64,000 nt of DNA from Octopus vulgaris. Taxonomy: Eukaryota. The stretch is taken from assembly GCA_951406725.2 (NCBI GenBank), contig OX597825.1:12586001-12650000 (forward strand), given 5' to 3'. Positions 55,153 to 64,000 of this stretch are shown here, one piece after another (positions within the stretch are counted from its first letter, which is position 1; each line of letters begins with the position of its first letter). The notes under the pieces were generated by a model, which did not search any database, had not been told where the DNA came from, and saw only the letters and a program-made list of their open reading frames with translations. Both the position numbers and the translations under genes were made by a program.

Positions 55153-56018
55153 AGTGGTGTGATCGATAAGTATCTGGACTGTTGCCATAGTAACAAAGCT
55201 AAAGCACGCAGAGTGAAGCCACTTGGCACAGATTGACTTTGAATTCTACAGTGCATGTGCACTATATTTTACCATTCTATCTCACTTCTGTGTTTGCAGC
55301 AGCGCTTGGAAAGAAGGTGTGTGACGTGTGATCGTTACTTTGACCATGACAGAATCTGCATCAAATTTTGTGAAGAGCTTGGCGACACCTCTTCAGTAGT
55401 CTACGCAAAATTTTCAAAATGCTTTCATCGTTCTCGACAAAATCATGGAAATTTTTAGCAACTGAAAGCCAAGTGTCTTCTTGGTCAGCTGAAAGTAGTT
55501 TTGGCAGAAACTTAACAGACACACGTCTCATACCCAAATCTTCAGTGATGATGGTCTGAACTGAACCGTGACTAATCTTCACACCCTCTGATAACTCACG
55601 AATGGTGATTTAAAGATTTCCCGCCACAGCTGCACGTACACCTGCAACATTTGTCTCAGTTCCACAGGTTGCGGTTCTCCCAGAACATTCGTCACTATCG
55701 ACTTTTTCGGCCATCTTGAAAACCACTAAACCACTTGTGAACTTGTGTGCCGCTCATACACTCCTCCCCATACACATTCTGTAACTTTGCACGGACCTCT
55801 GAGCAGGTATCGCCCTGACAACTTGGTCTATATGATGATCACACGCTACACACCTTCCTTCTAAGCACTGTTGTAAACAGCAGAAGTGAACTAGAACGTT
55901 AACACTTAATGCGCATGTACAGCAGAGTTTAAGTTCAATCTTTGCCAAGCGGCTTTACTCTGCGTGCTTTACCTTCGTTTCTATGGCAAGAGTCCGGATA
56001 CTTATTGATCAGACCTAG
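55153..56018. mobile_element. Non-autonomous mariner derivative with long (about 230 bp) inverted arms
   Basis: Both ends read GGT(G/C)TGATC(G/A)ATAAGTATC(T/C)GGACT..GCCATAG..AAAGCACGCAGAGT. Transposase remnants are DRICIKFCEELGDT (+) and ISHGSVQTIITEDLGMRRVSVKFLPKLLS (-). Confidence 0.85.
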
Positions 56019-56769
56019 TTTCTTATATCTGATAATATGGAGTATTTTTTATGCTTGAAATGCTCTTGAACACACTTCTCCGTCGAAACTGAACAAGAAA
56101 TTAGCAACAAAATTGGCTACACTAAATTATGTCCTTGAATTTCTTACGCACCTCAATGACAACCATAGCAACTTCCGCACAACCACATCTGCTCAGACTA
56201 GTTTTATTGCATTATAATTCTTTCATCTCTAAATCTTCAAAGGTTTGATGCAACCAATGTTGTTACAGTTAATGGTTGACAAACGTTTCTGTGTCTCACA
56301 TGAAAAGCGTCAGCCATATTTTCTCTTTCTTTTGTTCAAAGGTCTCATATCTTGCAATACAATATCTTTCTCGCAATGCATCCTTGCTTGGTATTTCTCC
56401 ACAACACATTGAAGCAAATATTTTATAGCTAATACCACTAATGGAACATAATATCGCTTTTTCCATATATGGAATAACTATGATCTATATAAATGTAGAA
56501 GTTTATATAAGATTTCCTTTTCCCTATCTCTCCGCTATGTTTCATTCAAATCATAACATTGTATCTTCATTGATATATAGGACATCATTATATGCGAATG
56601 TAATGTGACGTGTATACAATTACATCCATTAATGAATGTCTTTGTCCCTATACGAATGCAAGAGAAATTATTTAATATTCAAATATTAAAGTTTGTGTGA
56701 AGTGATTCTCAAACCACTGTACGGAAATTAGCTCAGATTATAGTAACCATGCTGGACTTCATCTCATGT

Positions 56770-57081
56770 TTGTTTTTAATCTTTGTTCCTTCTCGAGCCA
56801 CGCCTAGCTCATAGGGCCGGTTTCCCGGTTTCCTTGGCGTATAGGTTCCCCACCTGGACGGGACGCCGGTCCGTCGCAGATGAGCTGCAAGATGTAGGAG
56901 GAAAGAGTGAGAGAAAGTTGTGGCGAAAAAGTCAGCAGAAGTTTGCCATTCCCTTCTGTCGGCGCGCTGTGGAACTTAGGTGTTTCGCTCATAAACACAC
57001 ACATCGTCCGGTCTGAAATTCGAACCCACGGTCCCTAGACCGCAAGTCCGCTGCTCTAACCACTAGGCCATGTGCCTCCAC
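56770..57081 (-). mobile_element. SINE related to family C with a third type of tail
   Basis: Head gtggaggcacatggcctagtggttagagcagcggact..gggttcgaattt and shared ccacaactttctctcactct. Tail ctgcgacggaccggcgtcccgtccagg..gaaaccggg. TSD TCATCT(C/G)ATGT at 56759-56769 and 57082-57092. Confidence 0.82.
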
Positions 57082-57420
57082 TCATCTGATGTACAATATC
57101 AATATACCTGAGAATCCTTGAATGCATTTTATTGCAATCCCTAAAGGATGAGAGGCAATGTTGGCCTCATCAGCCGCATGTAATGAATAGGCAATGAAAA
57201 TACGGGATATAATCTACCCTCCATAAAGATGGGAAAATGAGGGGGAAATATAGACACTTCTTACGGACCAAGAATCATTACAAAGAGAGTCTAACGTAGA
57301 TGTCATCGATATCTAGGACGAAACATTAATACAGAAAAGTGAAAAACTAATACTAAATCTATAACTGGTAAAGTCCTAAAAGCTATATATGTGCCTATAT
57401 ATATATATATATATATATAT

Positions 57421-57657
57421 AAGGCGGCGAGCTGGCAGAATCGTTAGCACGCCGGGCGAAATGTTTAGCCGTATTTCGGCTGCCGTTACGTTCTGAGTTC
57501 AAATTCCGCCGAGGTCGACTTTGCCTTTCATCCTTTCAGGGTCGATAAATAAAGTACCAGTTTCGCACTGGGGTCGATGTAATCGACTTAATCCCTTTGT
57601 CTGTCCTTGTTTGTCCCTTCTATGTTTAGCCCCTTGTGGGCAATAAAAGAAAATAAG
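57421..57657 (+). mobile_element. SINE family B, full length
   Basis: aaggcggcgagctggcagaatcgttagc..GAGTTCAAATTCC..gactttgcctttcatcctttc..ccccttgtgggcaataaaagaaaataag. Confidence 0.9.
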
Positions 57658-58764
57658 ATAGACGTAGATAATAATACAATTAAACGATCTTGTACTGATT
57701 ATTGAATGCAGACAATTTAATAATTTATCCTTTTGTTTGACTAACACAAACACAAAGCAGCGACTGAGTACTATAACTATATATTAGAAGCCTCATGACC
57801 AGCATTTTAAATGACTCAAATAGGGAAGTGTTACTAGTTATAATAAATGTAATTGTATATATTTTTGTTAGCAATACTACTGGAATTGAATCCTAAAATT
57901 GCTGTAAAAAGAAATGGTAATTATAAATCTGAGGTTTATGATATCATCGTTTATTCCATGGAATTTATGGAGTATTAGTACCAACAATGGAGACCTAAGT
58001 AAATTGCATTGTGAACAAATTCTCCTAAACTAAAGACGATAGATACGAGTAAATCTAGGAAGGAAAAAAAGAAGAGAAATTAAATTGATATACACTTTTT
58101 ATGTGAGGAAGTGAATCCAAAGATACCTAAGAATGTCACCTATATAACAAGTAAAACCTTACCAACTAGGCATAAATACAATGGTATTGTATTTATGTTT
58201 AGATGTAAGCCTTTTGTTTGTCTTCCATTATATTTGTTCTCTAATAATCTCCTGAACACCGATAAGCATTTGGTGGTTACGTCTGTACGTGTTCAACATC
58301 ACTTATAATAAATACCTGACTAGTGACGATGAGCCATTCACAATCTGTTTACACTGCAGGTTTTCTAAAAACCGAGCTGAGCTTTAGCATCTAATGGTTA
58401 TTTTCCTACGGCCGCTCTGCATGAACCTTGTCGAAAAAACTTTTTATCGTTTTCCGTTCTCCTAATAATTTACGCAACATTTAATTTAGTCGTTCCAATC
58501 TAGTTTTGGTACTTCTGTCATTTCCTGCGTTCATATTCTCTTGTATATGTATTCTTTAAAACGCGTATGTTTTTATTATATATTTTGTTCAAAATACTTT
58601 AGAGGTATCCTCGTCTCTCTATATCGCCATTCTATTTCGCTTGTTATTTCCTTTCTATCCACTCAAATTCCATCCGTTTCTACAACTGTACATATCTTTT
58701 GTTTAATAACTTTTTGGAATTGTTTCTATGCACAACAAGGAATATAGTCCGTTTTAATCAGGCG

Positions 58765-58803
<39 letters not shown>

Positions 58804-58870
58804 ACACACATATATATATATATACACACACATATACATATATATGTATATATATATATGTATATGTATG

Positions 58871-58911
<41 letters not shown>

Positions 58912-59361
58912 GTTTGTGTACGTATCAATGTATGTATGTATGTATGTATGTATGTATGTATGTATGCATTTATGTGTGTGTTGGTGCATGAGCGAGAGAG
59001 AGCGAGAGCATCTATGTATACATGTGAGCCTCTGTGTGTCTATGTATGCATTCATGTAACTGTGAGCAAACAGCAGAAAACTATGTCCGTTACGCTAAAA
59101 TTAAAGCTACTCATTATATTATATTGACAGTTAAGCCTCTGCAACTCGTTCAGAGAACCATCTCGTTTGCGAGAAGCATTAGCGAAGATTTTAGTGTTGT
59201 AGCTTTAATTAAACATAACTGTTATTGCTTTTCCCTAACATGTCATATACTCACGCACACACACTCAGATACATACATATATATATACTCACACATAACA
59301 CACACACTCTCTCTCAAACACAAACACGCACATATATATATATATATATATACATACATAC

Positions 59362-59401
<40 letters not shown>

Positions 59402-59402
<1 letters not shown>

Positions 59403-59518
59403 TAAGAAAAAAGAAATAGAAAGCTTCTAACACTAAAACGTTTTATAAAAACCTTTATATTTCAGGCGCAACACACACACGCACACACATATATATATAC
59501 ATATATACATACATATTC

Positions 59519-59549
<31 letters not shown>

Positions 59550-59595
59550 TATATTTATATAGATATACATATATATATGCGCATATATATATATG

Positions 59596-59640
<45 letters not shown>

Positions 59641-59711
59641 TAAGAAAGAAGAAATAGAAAGCTTCTAACACTGTAGAACGTTTTATAAAAACCTTTATAT
59701 TTCAGGCGCAA
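59402..59711. repeat. About 70-bp direct repeat (59402-59471 and 59641-59711) embedded in TA/CA microsatellite
   Basis: taagaaa.aagaaatagaaagcttctaacact..aacgttttataaaaacctttatatttcaggcgcaa occurs twice. Confidence 0.9.
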
Positions 59712-59744
59712 TACTCACATATACACATACACGTGTGTGTGTGT

Positions 59745-59794
<50 letters not shown>

Positions 59795-60137
59795 CGAAGC
59801 AATAAAAGTGAACCAAGAATTAGGACACAAAACTGATGCGTGTGCAATTGTTGTAATTATGCACTCAGCTTTATGTATACCATTTATATCAATATTTAAT
59901 TATAGCGCTTTTTGGATAATGTGGCGCCTGAAATATGGATCCTTATTGCTCAATTGGTTAACACGATTCAAATACACCCCGTTTAATAGATGGAATAGAT
60001 GCATAATATTTAGATTCGGCATTTTAAGCAGATGAACAATTCATTACACATCCCAACACAAATACACACCCTCAGGTTTTGCACACAAAGGAACATATGC
60101 CACACTTCACCGTCTCTCTCTCTCTTATTCACTTTGA

Positions 60138-60482
60138 CTTCTCCTTCTTCTTCTTCTTCTTCTTCTTCTTCTTCTTCTTCTTCTTCCACTTCTTCTCCTT
60201 CTTCTTCTTCTTCTTCTTGTTTCTTTTCTTCCTCCTCCTGCTCTTCTTTTTCTTCTTTTTCTTCTTCTTCTTCTTCTTCACCTTCTACTTTTTCTTCTTT
60301 TTCTTCTTCTTTTTCCTCTTCTTCTTCTTTTTCTTCTATTTCTACTTCCTCTTCTTCATCTCCTCCTCCTCCTTCTTCTTCTTCTTCTTCTTCTTCTTCT
60401 TCCTCTTCTACTTCTTGTTTCTTTTCTTCTACTTTCTCTTCTTCTTCTTCTTCTTCTTCTACTCCCCCCACTTCTTCTTCTC
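60138..60482. repeat. (TTC)n-rich polypyrimidine array; a similar array lies at 63745-64000
   Basis: Directly visible. It produces the poly-E/S/F ORFs. Confidence 0.95.
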
Positions 60483-60812
60483 AATCTTTAACTGCTGAAA
60501 TCCCACTAGGTGTCTGATGCGAGGATTCTCTCTGCGTGTCATAGGCTTTCGTCCAGCGAACAACTCTAATACCACCATTTCGCATTACTATGCACTGCAC
60601 AAACAAGAAGCGAAGATTTACATTACATTATCAATACATCAGGTGAACGGACATAGAAATCTCTTCTCCATATTGTGCCTCCTCTGGAGACTACTCTACT
60701 ATGTAGGTACGTACGCACACTATACATACAGTTCGCACACATGATATACGCATATACGAATCTATGTATGCATAAATGCAATCCTATGGTTTCATAATGA
60801 TGTGCCTATATA

Positions 60813-61186
60813 CACTACCGTCAGAAATTAATTAGCACCCTTGATTTGCTCTTCACTCAAGGTATGTGCTGTCACCTAGTGGCCATATCTCGAACTATTG
60901 CTTTGTTGCGAGTTCACTGTTGCGCAGAACGATGACGTAACTTTGTTTGCAGAGCAGTTTGAGAGTCTACAGCCTTATGATGTTGACATAGCAGTGCAAC
61001 AACTTGGAGTGCGGATGCAGACAAATCTTCCTGTGTTTAATAGATATAGGTAGCGCCTCGCAAGGACCGAAATCACACCATACTAACTTTTCTCATCGCG
61101 TAAGACGTTTTGAACAGCTCATAGGTTAATTGATTTAACCTATTTAATGTAGAAATTTGAGAAGTGCTAATTAATTTCTGACGCAA

Positions 61187-61189
<3 letters not shown>
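60813..61189. mobile_element. Tc1/mariner-type MITE
   Basis: TIRs CACTACCGTCAGAAATTAATTAGCAC / GTGCTAATTAATTTCTGACGCAAGTG, flanked by TA on both sides. Confidence 0.82.
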
Positions 61190-61229
<40 letters not shown>

Positions 61230-63038
61230 ACGTTATAAATCTATGTATAGCGCTCCCCGCTACTGAATTTCTACCTGGTAAATTTAATCAATCGTCCAGG
61301 GACACAAACAGATTTCCTCGTCTTGTATCGATTCGGGCGTTATTTACGTTCAAATGGTAGCTAATTCCTTTCCTTGCACTTGCTCTGGGGGTGGAGTCCA
61401 GTAAGAATGAAGGATTTGAATTTTTCAAGGCAGTATAAACAAAAACATAACACATGATAACATTCACAATGACTAATTGCTGTGAGTAGTTCCCTGGTTT
61501 ATTAATAATTTACCAGAGTTCAATCCCTTCTCCTTCCCAAAACTATTAAGTTTTTATCACTAATTTAAACATAATTCAACATTTTCAGTACCACTGCCCA
61601 TTTACATATATATTTACAAGGTAATCGATGACAGTACAATAATTATTGAACTAGCAATGCAGTGTGGTTATGAATAACTAAATGTACACATATATACTGC
61701 TCGGATCAATCATGGAACTTAAGGTTCACGACCCACAATCTTCAAGGAACCTTCATAACAATTGTATGTTAAGGAATAAATATTTCAGCGCTGTCTGCAT
61801 CTGTAGCATTAATAAAATCTGTTCAGGAGACTACGGGTATATAGATGCGAATCTTATCTATTTATACATATTTGGTTTCACTGTGAAATTTAGCTTAACT
61901 GTCCTTTTGGCTGATTACTGAGAAGATCAAATGACAACGTTCATTGAATATTTAATAATTAATCAGAATTCACTCGACTCAATCCGTTTATGTCTATCTT
62001 CACTTATTATTAATATTGTTAACTTTGAACTGCGCAAGGTTATATATACTACGCTTTTGATAGGCTCATAGGATACCGGATCAAGAAAAGCGGATTTTAG
62101 CCGTGACCGCTGTCTAATATATATTTCATGGGTTGGCTACATTTTACAGTTTATCTTCCTTCAAATATCAATTGGGAAAAACACATAACTGATATTTATA
62201 GCTCGGTAACCAAGTTATATTTTTGTTCGGACTACTGGTGCTTATGTTGCTGGATTTATGGCTAACGGTTATGCTGTACTTTTAGATGTGACATAGCAAT
62301 TAATAAAACTTAATTAAGTGAAGCAATTAATAAATTTCAAATTTACTATACAGGACGACGTTACTGTTACTGCCTTTGTTGTTTCTTCTGTTCTGCATAT
62401 TTATATCGCTACAGGAAGTGGTAACAAAAGACGGCGAACGGCAGAGGGCAGCTTTAATAAGGTTATAATGCAGTGATGTTGTCACAGGAGCGACACTGAC
62501 TGACTAAAGAAGGTCAAAGGTGTACATTACATATGGTCGATCACCGCAAATAAGTGGGTGTTTTATGAAGTCAAGATGTGGCAGACCATAAGATGGATTC
62601 TTTTAAGTATATGTTTACATTACGGTAATTTAGCATCTGTATAACATAGCGGAAGAAAAGGTGGTGGTTGGGGCGGGGGGTTGGGGGGTTGTTGGATAGG
62701 AAAACAGAATGATAGTTGAGCGGAAATTGCTATCACACTTGTTAAAATTGCTTGATTATTGAGAAACACACCTTTCGTCGGCGTGCTGAAGGAAGTTTCA
62801 AGGAAAAAAAAAAAGGGAAATAAAGAAATGAAGGAAAAGAGAATGAGAAAAATATGACATAGCGTGGTAATGAAAATATCATGCATAGGAAACCTCATCA
62901 TGTGGTTGAGTGACGCGAGAAACGGGCATGCTATCGCAGACATACTTAAAGTGCAAATGGAGTTCTTTCTATTTCGTCCATCTCCATCTTTATGCATGTT
63001 TGTGAGCATGTATTTATACATATATATATATATATATA

Positions 63039-63209
63039 GGCGCAGGAGTGGCTGTGTGGTAAGTAGCTTGCTAAACAACCACATGGTTCCGGGTTCAGTC
63101 CCACTGCGTGGCATCTTGGGCAAGTGTCTTCTGCTATAGCCCCGGGCCGACCAATGCCTTGTGAGTGGATTTGGTAGACGGAAACTGAAAGAAGCCTGTC
63201 GTATATATG

Positions 63210-63240
<31 letters not shown>

Positions 63241-63453
63241 GTTTGTGTGTCTGTGTGTTTGTCCCCCTAGCATTGCTTGGCAACCGATGCTGGTGTGTTT
63301 ACGTCCTCGTCACTTAGCTGTTCGGCAAAAGAGACCGATAGAATAAGTACTGGGCTTACAAAGAATAAGTCCCGGGGTCCATTTGCTCGACTAAAGGCGG
63401 TGCTCCAGCATGGCCGCAGTCAAATGACTGAAACAAGTAAAAGAGTAAAAGAG
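63039..63453 (+). mobile_element. SINE family A, full length
   Basis: Complete copy with (TA)n on both sides. Confidence 0.92.
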
Positions 63454-64000
63454 TATATATATATATATATATATATACCTACATGCACATACACACACAC
63501 GCACACTCGCACAGCCACGCACATACGTATGTACATATATGCATGTTGGCGAGTGTGTGTGAATGCATGTGCGCATGTGTACGTATTGCTGTTTAGTTTT
63601 CGTAGATTAGATTTTAAAAAAAAAAGTATCATTCAATTAAACTGGCAACTCTCTGGTATATGGATCATCATTATCGCCTTCACCAACACCAAAACACTTT
63701 TCCTCTCAACCACTTTCTCTTTGTTCCTTTTCTCCTCTTCGTTTTCTTTTCTTCTTCTTCTTCTTTTTCTTCTTCTTCTTCTTCTTCTTCTTCTTCTTCT
63801 TCTTCTTCTCATCCCTCTCCAGCCTGCACCACCACCACTTCAGCCTTATTCTGTCGACTACCTCGTCCTTTTCATCGGCCTCTTCTTCTTCTTCTTTTTC
63901 TTCTTCTTCTTCTTCTTCTTCTTCTTCTTCTTCTTCTTCTTCTTCTTCTTCTTCTTCTTCTTCTTCTTCTTGTCACCCCTCTCCCACCTGCACCTTCTTC

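Noticed and set aside
60010-60517. Poly-Glu and poly-Ser ORFs
   Set aside because: (TTC)n array with no coding signature.

Overview
This is AT-rich, microsatellite-saturated animal DNA, either intergenic or intronic. The SINE repertoire and repeat texture suggest an octopus or other cephalopod genome (inference). I found no supportable host gene: most listed ORFs are translations of (TA)n, (TATG)n, (TTA)n, (CAT)n or (TTC)n repeats or of SINEs. The one long genuine ORF is a 5'-truncated but uninterrupted Penelope-like retroelement (RT + Cys-linker + GIY-YIG, Neptune-like) at 49535-51067. Its 3' pseudo-LTR carries a minimal hammerhead ribozyme (HHR) variant. The window also holds three recurring tRNA-derived SINE families (called A, B and C here), a second decayed Penelope-like RT, an R4/Dong-like LINE remnant, two mariner derivatives, two MITEs and a non-autonomous Helitron. 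The most notable item is a non-coding element at 22679-23336. It has a tRNA-like Pol III head, a (TAA)n spacer and an intact minimal hammerhead tail, and it is fused head-to-head with an inverted, 5'-truncated copy of itself. It is a candidate SINE/retrozyme hybrid mobilised by Penelope-like machinery. Several other degenerate hammerhead motifs and inverted (TA)n-flanked structures point to a wider Penelope/HHR ecosystem in this window. All motif calls were made by eye.
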